Assembly (NCBI GenBank): GCA_043813605.1
Contig: JBDRKX010000070.1
Location: 1-27,132 of the forward strand
Direction of reading: 5' to 3'
DNA length: 27,132 nt
Source of the DNA: Elusimicrobiota bacterium
Lineage (GTDB): Bacteria > CG03 > SLGR01 > JBDRKX01
Part shown: positions 17,064 through 26,048 of the stretch, one piece after another
Layout of the letters: the number at the start of each line of letters is the position of its first letter
Position numbering within the stretch: position 1 is the stretch's first letter
Position numbers and translations under genes: made by a program
Notes under the pieces: generated by a model
Told to the model about the DNA's origin: nothing
The model's input: only the letters and a program-made list of their open reading frames with translations
Database searches by the model: none

Positions 17064-18173
17064 GTGTTTGGTAAAAAAGGGATACTCGGTATTGATATAG
17101 GCTCAAAGGTCATTAAGATACTGGAACTTAATGTATCCGGTAAAAAGGTGTCTGTTACCAATTATGCCGAATACGATATAGGGTCCCAGGCTGTTGAAGA
17201 GAAATCTCCTGAAGAAAGAAAACAGGCGTATGCGGACTCGCTTAAAAGACTTGTAAGCAACAAAAAATTCTCTACTAAGAATGCTGCTATTTCCGTATCA
17301 GGCAGTTCGGTTATCGTCCGGTTTGTCAAATTCCCTAAGATGAGTGCGGGAGACCTGGAAAAGACGCTTCAGTTTGAAGCAGAACCGCATATCCCGTTTG
17401 ATATACAGGAGGTGTATCTGGATACCCAGATCATCCGTGATATCGAAGAGGAAGAAGAAGTTAAGATGGAAACTGTACTTGTCGCCAGTAAAAAGGAAAC
17501 CGTACAGGATAAGATTGATATTATTCAGGCTGCAGGATTCAATCCCAAAGTAATAGACGTAGATGCTTTTGCCGTTGAAAATGCATATGAATTTATGAAC
17601 AGCGGAGCGCCAGGCGATGTGGTGATGCTGATAAATATAGGTGCATCTATAACAAATATTAGTATCGTTGAAAACGGTGTTTCAAAAGTTGTCCGTGACC
17701 TCTATACTGCAGGCAACAGTTTTACACATGCAATACGGGAACTTATGCAGAATACGCTTGAAGAAGCCGAGCAATTGAAGATCAAGTACGGGATGCTCCG
17801 CGGTGCAGGAGAAAACGAAGGTGAAGGAGGCATGGGTGAACAGGTTTTCAATATCATGTATCCCGTTGTCAAAGAACTTAATTCAGAGATACAAAGATCG
17901 ATCGATTATTTTTCCGGCCAGCAGGCAGCTGGCGGTATGAATATCAAGCAGATCATCCTGTCAGGCGGCAGTGCAGGCATGAAAGGCCTGCCGGAACTGA
18001 TAACCTCTGATATTAGAATACCGGTCAGTATTTTTTCTCCGTTAAAAAATGCCGATAAATCATCCTTGAAGGATAAAATAGATGTCAATTCACCCGCTCT
18101 GGCTGTCGTAACCGGGCTGGCTCTCAGAAAGGCCGGAGACAATAAAAAGGCCGGAAATACTAAGAAAAAATGA
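17064..18173 (+). CDS. pilM: Type IV pilus assembly protein PilM
   Basis: Actin-like fold motifs GIDIGS..IK, FEAEPHIPF, VIDVDAFA, INIGAS.T, EIQRSIDYF, ILSGGSA and GLALR. AAGGAGG RBS before the GTG start. Confidence 0.95.
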   Translation: MFGKKGILGIDIGSKVIKILELNVSGKKVSVTNYAEYDIGSQAVEEKSPEERKQAYADSLKRLVSNKKFSTKNAAISVSGSSVIVRFVKFPKMSAGDLEKTLQFEAEPHIPFDIQEVYLDTQIIRDIEEEEEVKMETVLVASKKETVQDKIDIIQAAGFNPKVIDVDAFAVENAYEFMNSGAPGDVVMLINIGASITNISIVENGVSKVVRDLYTAGNSFTHAIRELMQNTLEEAEQLKIKYGMLRGAGENEGEGGMGEQVFNIMYPVVKELNSEIQRSIDYFSGQQAAGGMNIKQIILSGGSAGMKGLPELITSDIRIPVSIFSPLKNADKSSLKDKIDVNSPALAVVTGLALRKAGDNKKAGNTKKK

Positions 18174-18787
18174 TAAAGATCAACCTCCTTCCCAAAGAGA
18201 TCGAAATAATGGCGGCAGCCCGCATGAAGATGTTTATTATCACCGGCCTGATCGTTTGTATTATTGTAGGTGTTGTCTCTGCTTATTTTCTGAAACTGGC
18301 TACGCTGGCAGTGCTTGACAATAAGATCGAAGAAGTGGAGAAAGAACTTAAGAAACTTGAGCCTATTATAAAGAAAGTCGATGCTATACAGAACAAGAAA
18401 AAGAATCTCAATAACAAGATGAATGTCATTAATGACCTGGCAGAAAGCAGGCTGCTGTATCCGCAATTCATGGAGGAACTGGCTGCCATGCTTCCGCAGA
18501 AGGTGTGGCTCGTTTCTTTGCAGACCAAGACAGGCAATAATACCTTGAATCTGACAATGAGCGTTATGTCAAGGGATAACTATGGAGTCGCCGATTTTAT
18601 TAATGTTTTGGAGACGAATAAGAAGTTCAGTGAACCGAAATTCACCGGTATAGTTGCGACAGAGCATGGAGGAGAATCTGTGAGGAGCTTCTCAATAATA
18701 TGCGATTATTATCCGACCGGCGAACGGCCTGCGCCAGAACCGGTAAAAAGCAGCAATAAGAAAAGAACGAAAAAGAAAAAACGGTAA
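18170..18787 (+). CDS. pilN: Type IV pilus assembly protein PilN
   Basis: MIKINLLP motif, a TM helix, a coiled coil and LP.KVWL. ATGA overlap with pilM. Confidence 0.93.
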   Translation: MIKINLLPKEIEIMAAARMKMFIITGLIVCIIVGVVSAYFLKLATLAVLDNKIEEVEKELKKLEPIIKKVDAIQNKKKNLNNKMNVINDLAESRLLYPQFMEELAAMLPQKVWLVSLQTKTGNNTLNLTMSVMSRDNYGVADFINVLETNKKFSEPKFTGIVATEHGGESVRSFSIICDYYPTGERPAPEPVKSSNKKRTKKKKR

Positions 18788-18798
18788 AAAAGAGACAT

Positions 18799-19353
18799 AT
18801 GGCACAAAGAAAACCGATTACTAACCAGCAGAAGGTTGTCATCGCAGTATTGATTGCGGCCGGCATGTTCATGTTCTATAAGAAGATCTATGCTCCTTTG
18901 CAGGTGAAGATACAGGCAACCAGGGAAACACTGGAAAAAAAGGAAGCGGAACTGGAAAATATGAAAAGGAAAGCCCGGGAGCTGGCAAAACTGGAAAAAG
19001 AGTACAAATTACTGGCCGAAAAACTGAAAGAAACGGAAAAAAGGCTTCCTAAGACAACCGAACTTCCCAAATTTATAAGGACGATAACAGATATAGCGGG
19101 TAAATACGGAATGGATGTGGATAATCTTAGCGTGATGGCTCCTTCCAGCAGTGAATACTATGTCACTTATTCATATAAGATGGCGCTGAGTTCCGATTAT
19201 CATACTTTCGGACGGTTTTTTACGGAGATAATAAACCTGGAAAGACTGTTTAATATGAGGGATGTAATATTCACACTTGCCGGAACTTCCTCGGAAAGCA
19301 CAGTTATGCTGAGTGTGTCTTTTACTCTGGTAACCTATACTTCAAAAGAATGA
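18799..19353 (+). CDS. pilO: Type IV pilus assembly protein PilO
   Basis: N-terminal TM, coiled coil, RLP...ELP, YH.FG.FF..I..LER and final TY. Position in the operon. Confidence 0.92.
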   Translation: MAQRKPITNQQKVVIAVLIAAGMFMFYKKIYAPLQVKIQATRETLEKKEAELENMKRKARELAKLEKEYKLLAEKLKETEKRLPKTTELPKFIRTITDIAGKYGMDVDNLSVMAPSSSEYYVTYSYKMALSSDYHTFGRFFTEIINLERLFNMRDVIFTLAGTSSESTVMLSVSFTLVTYTSKE

Positions 19354-19835
19354 ACAGGAAAAAAACAATAAAAATATCCGTCCTGGCAATATCAGCATTT
19401 TTTATTGTTGTTGCAGTGCTGATTGTGTGCTCTGCCGGTGAGCAAAAAACCAAAAATGAGAAAATAACAGCGGAACAGGATACTTCTTCACAAAAAGATG
19501 TAATGGAAAAATATAATTATACGGGTTCAAAATACAGGTCTCCATTTTCTGCTTCCGCCGGCGCTGCGGCAGTGTTTTCCGAAGAATCCGGGGAGAAAAC
19601 TGTGAAGATGACAATAAGTGTGGATAGCCTTAAAGTAAGCGGTAGTTTTTCGGATAAAAAAGGTGAATATGCTATTTTAACAACTGGTACCGGGGAATAT
19701 TATGTAGTAAAGAACGGCCGTCTTTATGACAGGGACGGTATCCAGCAGCCGGATATTGCGGCTGTGATAAAAAAAGGCAAAGTACTGCTGATCGGTAAAG
19801 ACAGCAAAGTATTTGAATTCACAATACCTGAATAA
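19350..19835 (+). CDS. pilP: PilP-like pilus assembly protein
   Basis: Lies between pilO and pilQ. Hydrophobic N-terminus, Y.Y....RSPF (cf. RDPF), LKVSG...AIL.....YVVK.G. No classical lipobox. Confidence 0.65.
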   Translation: MNRKKTIKISVLAISAFFIVVAVLIVCSAGEQKTKNEKITAEQDTSSQKDVMEKYNYTGSKYRSPFSASAGAAAVFSEESGEKTVKMTISVDSLKVSGSFSDKKGEYAILTTGTGEYYVVKNGRLYDRDGIQQPDIAAVIKKGKVLLIGKDSKVFEFTIPE

Positions 19836-19854
19836 ACTGATAATATAAGGAGCA

Positions 19855-21693
19855 ATGATGAGTAAAAAAATAATATTTTTCTGTATAATACTGCTGGGGC
19901 TTAGCGGTTTTTACTGTATAGGAGAGGAACTTCTTGAAGAATTGACCGATGTCAGGATTGTAGATGATTCCGCGAATGCTTCCAGAATTATTCTCGATAC
20001 TACGGGTGAGATCAAATTCCATGTATTTAAAGTTACCAATCCTTCAAGACTTGTCATAGAGATGGTCGATGCGGTGCATAACTGGTCGGGAAAAGAGATA
20101 GAAGTGAACAACAATCTTATTACAAGGATACGTTCCGGGCAGTACAAGGATGAACCGGTAAAGATCGTAAGGGTCGTACTTGATATGGCGGCGGATGATT
20201 ATTCTGTTGATCAGGTCTGGACAGATGATCAGATAACTATTTCTATTAGTCTTAACGGGGAAGATATAAAGAAATCGGAAGCAGTATCTGTCCGCGAAAG
20301 AGAATACTCGGCTCCGGCAGGTTATTATCCGCTGGAACCTAACCAGCCTACCGAAGAGCATAACAAAAAGATCTCAGCTATTCTCGAAGAAAAAGAGATG
20401 AGGAACAGAGAAAAAAACCGGAGAAAAAAAGAGATCTCAAAAATAAAAAAAGGCATGTCAGATGTAGCTGAAAAAGAAGAGAAATCGGATGATTCCATGC
20501 TCGGGAATTCCGCAGGTGAACTAGTTGATTTCAATTTTAAAGATGCGGATATAATCGAGGTGCTGCAGGGATTTGCCCTCAAGATCGACAAGAACATCAT
20601 TACTGCATCGGGTGTGAGCGGTAAAGTGAATCTCCGGTTGAAGAATGTACCGTTCAGAGATGCTTTTTATATTGTGCTGGAAAGAAGTGATCTGGTGGCG
20701 GTCCGGAAAAGCGCAAATATTATCGAAGTATACAGCAAATCGAAAATACCTATGGAAAGATTGACATTCCAGCTGTCCAGAAGGAATGCGACTGAGATGA
20801 AGATGACGCTTGACAGTCTTATGACGACATTAGAAAAGGCTAATACGACTATTGCGATTGACCAGGCATCAAATTCCATCATTGCATCAGGTACAAGTGA
20901 GATCCTCGGGAAGATAGGGCTTCTTGTAAAACAGCTCGATATCAAGTCTCCGCAGATAAAGATAAAGGCGAGAATAATCGAAGTTACAGCTGATAGCAGC
21001 GTGAATACCGGTGTTACCTGGGCGAGCTCTATAGGCTTGACCGGTAATGTGCAGGAAGTCAGAGCGGTAAAAGATATGGGTAATTACAGTATAGATTCGA
21101 CTGCAGGAACAATAACTACATTGAATACATTGTCTAATTTCAGTGAAGGCGGAGTAATTGATGTGTCGGCAGTTATCAATCAGACGACTCTTTACGGTGT
21201 TCTTAATTTTCTCTCTTCCAACTCAAAAGCGAAGACTATATCTGAACCGACTATTCTTACGGAAAACAATAAAACTGCCAAAATACATGTCGGACAGAAT
21301 CTGCCTATCCAGACAACTTCTGTCACGGAGACCGGCACGACACAGTCTGTTGTATTCATACCCGAAGGAATTGACCTGCAGGTGACTCCGGTAGTATCTC
21401 CGGGAAGTAACCAGGTGTCAATGCAGATAAGCGTGAGTGTTTCGGAATTTGTGAGATTTCAGAACGATAATCCGGTAACAAGTGACAGATCGGCCATTAC
21501 GGAAGTAACCGTGGAATCGGGAAAAACTATTATTATAGGGGGATTGATGACGGAAAGTGTGACTGTGAGCAGTTCAGGAATCCCGATACTCAAGGATCTT
21601 CCGCTCCTGGGATATCTTTTTTCAAACAAGTCAAATATAAAAGAAAGGAAAGAACTCCTGATATTTCTGTCTCCGGAAATAATGGCTGAATAG
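19855..21693 (+). CDS. pilQ: Type IV pilus secretin PilQ with an N-terminal AMIN domain
   Basis: Signal peptide, AMIN domain (NPSRLVIE, IRSGQY....VRVVLD), N0 domain (FNFKDADI..VL, V.GKVNLRLKNVP), LD...PQI.I.ARIIEV, secretin domain (GIDLQVTP, GKTIIIGGL, GIPILKDLPLLGYLF, ELLIFLSP). Confidence 0.95.
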   Translation: MMSKKIIFFCIILLGLSGFYCIGEELLEELTDVRIVDDSANASRIILDTTGEIKFHVFKVTNPSRLVIEMVDAVHNWSGKEIEVNNNLITRIRSGQYKDEPVKIVRVVLDMAADDYSVDQVWTDDQITISISLNGEDIKKSEAVSVREREYSAPAGYYPLEPNQPTEEHNKKISAILEEKEMRNREKNRRKKEISKIKKGMSDVAEKEEKSDDSMLGNSAGELVDFNFKDADIIEVLQGFALKIDKNIITASGVSGKVNLRLKNVPFRDAFYIVLERSDLVAVRKSANIIEVYSKSKIPMERLTFQLSRRNATEMKMTLDSLMTTLEKANTTIAIDQASNSIIASGTSEILGKIGLLVKQLDIKSPQIKIKARIIEVTADSSVNTGVTWASSIGLTGNVQEVRAVKDMGNYSIDSTAGTITTLNTLSNFSEGGVIDVSAVINQTTLYGVLNFLSSNSKAKTISEPTILTENNKTAKIHVGQNLPIQTTSVTETGTTQSVVFIPEGIDLQVTPVVSPGSNQVSMQISVSVSEFVRFQNDNPVTSDRSAITEVTVESGKTIIIGGLMTESVTVSSSGIPILKDLPLLGYLFSNKSNIKERKELLIFLSPEIMAE

Positions 21694-21748
21694 CATCCCG
21701 GAAACTTAAGTCAAAGTTTAAATAAATTCTAAGGGAGGAAAATAGCGC

Positions 21749-22879
21749 ATGTTAGCTCCACACGGCGGTAAACTGACAGAAAGACTAAAAGCGGTGAAGA
21801 TCCCGGATAATCCGGGTCCGGGCATCAATATCGGGATGAGTGTCTATACGGAACTGGAGAATATTGCAACCGGTATCTACAGCCCTCTGGAGGGTTTTAT
21901 GTGCAGTGAGGATTATAGAAATGTCCTGGAGAAGGGCCGGCTTTCCAATGGCCTGGCCTGGACAATTCCAGTGTTGCTGCATGTGAGCGAGGAAGAATCT
22001 GCCGCCCTGACTGTCGGTGATACTGTATTTTTCATCTATTCGGGGGAGATCATCGGCTGCATGGATGTAGAAGAATTATATGATATCGATCCTGCCGTAC
22101 ATGCGGAGAAGATCTACGGGACTGAAGATAAACAGCATCCTGGAGTAGCAGGTATATTTTCAAAGAGTCCCAGAGTTGCCGGCGGAAAGATCACATTATT
22201 CAAGCGGCCCGTGCACACAGTGTTTGCCGATTATCATCTTACACCCAAGGAGACAAGGATACTTTTCAGAGAAAAAAGCTGGAAATCAGTAGTGGCATTC
22301 CAGACGCGTAATGTGCCGCACCTGGGACATGAATTTGTCCAGAAGAGCGCGCTCACTGTTACGGACGGCCTTTTCATAAATCCCGTAATGGGAAAAAAGA
22401 AAAAGGGAGATTTCACTGACGAGGTCATACTAAGCGCATACAATGTATTGCTGGCTAATTATTATCCCCGGGAACGTACGGTAATGAGTGTGTTGACATA
22501 TGAAATGCATTATGCCGGCCCCAGAGAGGCTGTCTTCCATGCAATAATGAGAAAAAATTTCGGATGCACGCATTTTATTGTAGGGCGCGACCATGCCGGA
22601 GTGGGAAACTATTACGGGCCGTTCGATGCGCATAAGATATTCGATAAATACCCGGATCTCGGAATAGAACCGGTGTTTCTGAAATCTTTTTTCAGATGCA
22701 GGAAATGTGATAGTATTGCAAATGACAAAACGTGTCCTCATGGAGAGGAAGATATAATAAATTTTGCAGGAAATAAGATCCGGCAAACACTTTGCGAGGG
22801 GAACAAACCGTCTGCCGATGTAATGAGGCCGGAAGTAGCCGAAGAGATATTGAAGTATGATAACCCCTTTGTGGAGTGA
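21749..22879 (+). CDS. sat: Sulfate adenylyltransferase (ATP sulfurylase)
   Basis: PHGGKL, YSPLEGFM, WTIP, HPGV, AFQTRNVPHLGHE, YAGPREAVFHAIMRKNFGCTHFIVGRDHAGVG, zinc motif CRKC...CPH and MRPEV. GGGAGG RBS. Confidence 0.97.
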   Translation: MLAPHGGKLTERLKAVKIPDNPGPGINIGMSVYTELENIATGIYSPLEGFMCSEDYRNVLEKGRLSNGLAWTIPVLLHVSEEESAALTVGDTVFFIYSGEIIGCMDVEELYDIDPAVHAEKIYGTEDKQHPGVAGIFSKSPRVAGGKITLFKRPVHTVFADYHLTPKETRILFREKSWKSVVAFQTRNVPHLGHEFVQKSALTVTDGLFINPVMGKKKKGDFTDEVILSAYNVLLANYYPRERTVMSVLTYEMHYAGPREAVFHAIMRKNFGCTHFIVGRDHAGVGNYYGPFDAHKIFDKYPDLGIEPVFLKSFFRCRKCDSIANDKTCPHGEEDIINFAGNKIRQTLCEGNKPSADVMRPEVAEEILKYDNPFVE

Positions 22880-23921
22880 ATTAGCAGAAAACAGTAATGT
22901 ATTGATAATTCACCACTGGGATACAGACGGGATCTCAAGCGCAGCGCTTATAACTGATTATCTCGCAGAAAAAAAACCAAAAAAGATAGAATACCGGGTA
23001 CCGGACATAGGTACGTTCCGGCTGCAGCCCAGAAGTTATTCCGATAGGGGCAACATAGATATAGAAGCAGCCGGGTATGATGTCTGTATGCTGCTGGATT
23101 ATTCTGTGCCGGGAGAAGATATAGCAAGATTTCAAAGAGAAACCGGTATCCCGGTAGTAGTATTTGATCATCATCTGCGGGATCCTGTCCGGATGGAAGG
23201 CGTATATTACAATAATCCTGTTGCATACGGAGAACCCGGCAGGGAATGGCCTTCATGTACATGGGTAATCAAGGACTGTCTGGATATTGAAGTATCTGAT
23301 CTTGTCATAATGGGAATAGCGGGTGATCTGGAAAACAGGTTTCTTCGGAAGGGTTTCGAACTGTTCCCTGAGATCAGCCGTTACCTGGGATCGGACAAGA
23401 ACAGGTACAGTATATTCGTCAGGGCTAAAGATATGATAGATGTCCATTATAAGTGTAATGACAGTAAGATATTGCCCGAGTTAGCGTGTATACTCCTTTC
23501 AATAGGCGGCGATCCAGAGAAAGTTCTGGAAAAAAAAGACTGGGTTGAAAAAAACACCGCGCTCGAAAATGAAATTAAAGGATTCCTTGCTTTGGATCCG
23601 GCAGAAACAGTCGGGAAGAAACTTGCGGTATACAGGATAAAGTCAGGACACAATATAATCTCTGCATTGACAAGAAGACTTGCCGAGAACAGCGAATACG
23701 ACTATGTTATGGTTGTAAATACCGGGTTTTTTATCAACAGGACTCAGATATATGTGAGATCCGCGCTAACAGAAGAAGTCAGGAATACAGTTCTATTTAA
23801 GAAATCTGCAATAGAACTTGGCGCCGAAGCCGGCGGGAAAGACGAAGTTGCGGGCATCATTATCGACAGTTTGAAGACAGCTGACTATTTACAGATGGTA
23901 AAGGATGACCTTGCCGGGTAA
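22857..23921 (+). CDS. DHH-family phosphoesterase (candidate PAP 3'-phosphatase)
   Basis: HHWDTDG, LLDY, FDHH, GIAGD, C-terminal DHHA1-like YVRS...GGK..VAG. Overlaps both sat and the downstream gene. Confidence 0.85.
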   Translation: MITPLWSELAENSNVLIIHHWDTDGISSAALITDYLAEKKPKKIEYRVPDIGTFRLQPRSYSDRGNIDIEAAGYDVCMLLDYSVPGEDIARFQRETGIPVVVFDHHLRDPVRMEGVYYNNPVAYGEPGREWPSCTWVIKDCLDIEVSDLVIMGIAGDLENRFLRKGFELFPEISRYLGSDKNRYSIFVRAKDMIDVHYKCNDSKILPELACILLSIGGDPEKVLEKKDWVEKNTALENEIKGFLALDPAETVGKKLAVYRIKSGHNIISALTRRLAENSEYDYVMVVNTGFFINRTQIYVRSALTEEVRNTVLFKKSAIELGAEAGGKDEVAGIIIDSLKTADYLQMVKDDLAG

Positions 23922-25305
23922 GAAAGTATTGATAATAGGATGGGATTGCGCCGCGCCGCGGCTTGTATTTGACAGGTTCAGGGATAAACTGCCTAATGTT
24001 AAAAACATATTGGAAACCGGATTCTGGGGCAGGATGCGCACTGTCATACCGCCTATAACTATTCCGGCCTGGAGATGCATGGTGACAGGTAAGACACCGG
24101 GTGAACTCGGGCTATGGGGATTCCGTCACCGCTCCGGGAACTCGTATTCGGATTTTTCGATTACAACAACATATGATCTGAAAAAAGATGCTGTCTGGGA
24201 TATTATAGGTAAAAAAGGGATGAAGTCCGTTTGTTCTGCAGTACCCCCGTCATATCCGGTACAGCCTATAAACGGTCATATGATAGGTTGTTTTATGACA
24301 CCTGATACTAATAAGAAATACACTTATCCTGAAGAATTTAAAGATGAGATAGAAAAACTGGTAGGGAAGTATCCGGTAGATACGGTATTCAGAACAGATG
24401 ATAAGGCAGCTATTCGGGATAGCGCTTTTGATATGACAGATAAGCATTTCAGGGTACTGGAACATCTTTTAAAAAACAAAGAATGGGATTTTGCCATGCA
24501 TGTTGAGATAGGTCTGGACAGGATACAGCATGCTTTCTGGCGCTATATAGATGAGACTCACCATCTGTATGAAGCGGATTCCGAATTTCAGAGCGTTATA
24601 CTTGATTATTACAGACTGCTTGACCGATGGCTCGGCAGAATGATGGAAATCATTGATGATGATACACTTCTTCTGGTAGTATCCGATCACGGTGCCAAGG
24701 GCATGAAAGGGGCGTTCTGCGTCAATCAGTGGCTGGCTGAGATAGGGTATCTTAAATTCAGGAAAAAACCCGTTCCGGGACAGAGAATACAGGATGCTGA
24801 TATTGACTGGAAAAAGACAAAAGCCTGGGCTTGGGGCGGATACTATTCCAGGATATTCTTCAATATAAAAGGGAGAGAAGAAAAAGGCCGGATTAAACAG
24901 GGAAAATCGGCTGTGGAAATAGAAAAACTGAAAAAGACGATAAAGGAACTAAAAGGTCCCGGCGGCGAAAAATGGAATACATCAGTCTATACACCGGATG
25001 AGATATATCCTGAAGCTTCAGGAAAAAAACCGGAATTAATGGTTTTTTGGGATGACCTGTACTGGAGGTCAGCCGGTACTGTAGGTCATGACACAATGTA
25101 TCTAAGAGAGAACGATACAGGGCCGGATGACGGGGTACATGACTGGAACGGTATAATAATGGGTTACAGGAAAGGATGGAACAGGAATGTACAGCTTGAG
25201 GATACAAGTATTCTGGATATATTTCCTACAGTACTCAGGTTCCTTGAAACAGAGAGCGGTTTTAACGGGAAAGGCAGGATTATAGAGGAGGTTTTTAATG
25301 ACTAA
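23905..25305 (+). CDS. Alkaline phosphatase superfamily protein (type I phosphodiesterase / nucleotide pyrophosphatase-like)
   Basis: IIGWDCA, PPITIPAW..MVTGK.PG..G.WGF (Thr at the nucleophile position), DRIQH.FW, VVSDHG, GPDDGVH and DIFPTVL. No signal peptide. Confidence 0.9.
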   Translation: MTLPGKKVLIIGWDCAAPRLVFDRFRDKLPNVKNILETGFWGRMRTVIPPITIPAWRCMVTGKTPGELGLWGFRHRSGNSYSDFSITTTYDLKKDAVWDIIGKKGMKSVCSAVPPSYPVQPINGHMIGCFMTPDTNKKYTYPEEFKDEIEKLVGKYPVDTVFRTDDKAAIRDSAFDMTDKHFRVLEHLLKNKEWDFAMHVEIGLDRIQHAFWRYIDETHHLYEADSEFQSVILDYYRLLDRWLGRMMEIIDDDTLLLVVSDHGAKGMKGAFCVNQWLAEIGYLKFRKKPVPGQRIQDADIDWKKTKAWAWGGYYSRIFFNIKGREEKGRIKQGKSAVEIEKLKKTIKELKGPGGEKWNTSVYTPDEIYPEASGKKPELMVFWDDLYWRSAGTVGHDTMYLRENDTGPDDGVHDWNGIIMGYRKGWNRNVQLEDTSILDIFPTVLRFLETESGFNGKGRIIEEVFND

Positions 25306-25852
25306 CAGGCTGCAGGAAGGATTCGTACTGTGGTTTACGGGGCTTCCGTGTTCTGGAAAAACGACTGTTGCCGATATGGTTGCAGAAAAGTTAAAAATTA
25401 AGGGAAGGAAGGTCGAGCGGCTGGACGGCGATATAGTGAGGCAGTCGCTCACTTCGGATCTCGGATTCTCCAGGAAAGACCGTGATGAAAATATAAAGAG
25501 GATTACATTTGTTTCAAAACTGCTTTCGCGAAACGAAGTCGCTGCACTTGTTACATTTATATCACCTTACAGGGCAAAGCGGCAGAAAGCAAGAGAAGAG
25601 ACGACAAATTTCATTGAAGTATTTGTAGATTGTTCTATAGAAGAATGTGAAAAACGAGATGTGAAAGGCATGTATAAACTGGCCAGAGAAGGTAAAATAC
25701 AGGAATTCACCGGTATTTCCGATCCCTATGAAGAGCCGGAGAATCCAGAGGTGACAATATATACCGGAGAAGAGACTGCAGTGGAGAGCGCAGATAAGAT
25801 CATGCTCTATCTTATAAAAGAGGGGTTTATTGAGGAGGTGCAGGATGCCTAA
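25298..25852 (+). CDS. cysC: Adenylyl-sulfate (APS) kinase
   Basis: WFTGLPCSGKTT P-loop, RLDGD.VR, LGFS..DR.ENI.R, ISPY, RDVKGMY..AR.G.I..FTGISDPYEEP. GGAGG RBS. Confidence 0.97.
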   Translation: MTNRLQEGFVLWFTGLPCSGKTTVADMVAEKLKIKGRKVERLDGDIVRQSLTSDLGFSRKDRDENIKRITFVSKLLSRNEVAALVTFISPYRAKRQKAREETTNFIEVFVDCSIEECEKRDVKGMYKLAREGKIQEFTGISDPYEEPENPEVTIYTGEETAVESADKIMLYLIKEGFIEEVQDA

Positions 25853-26048
25853 AAAAATTGATCTCGAAATAAATGACGAACTTTTTGAAAACATCACAGA
25901 AAAAGCAAAAGCTATGGGATATTCCGGCCCGGAGCAATTCCTGATTTCTCTTCTGTCAGAAGTAGCAAAAGAAGGGCATTCAGACCGGTACAGTCCGGAA
26001 GAGGAGGAAAAGATCAAAAAAAGGTTAAAGGACCTGGGGTATATCTGA
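25845..26048 (+). CDS. Small (67 aa) ribbon-helix-helix/CopG-like protein ending in EEEEKIKKRLKDLGYI
   Basis: Strong GAGGAGG RBS precedes the ATG at 25845, preferred over 25830. N-terminal strand-helix-helix pattern (IDLEINDELFENI..KA..MGYS..EQF). Overlaps both neighbours. Confidence 0.75.
   Translation: MPKKIDLEINDELFENITEKAKAMGYSGPEQFLISLLSEVAKEGHSDRYSPEEEEKIKKRLKDLGYI

Noticed and set aside
18128..18155. Direct repeat AAAGGCCGGA x2 (18-nt period) at the end of pilM
   Set aside because: A small in-frame duplication giving KAGDNKKAGNTK in a low-complexity tail, with no sign of function.
17344..21385. Alternative-frame + strand ORFs 17344..17553 and 21158..21385
   Set aside because: They are nested inside pilM and pilQ with no independent coding evidence.
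21749..25852. Dissimilatory or assimilatory sulfate reduction locus
   Set aside because: No aprAB, dsrAB, cysH or cysIJ in the window. Sat with APS kinase points to PAPS production.
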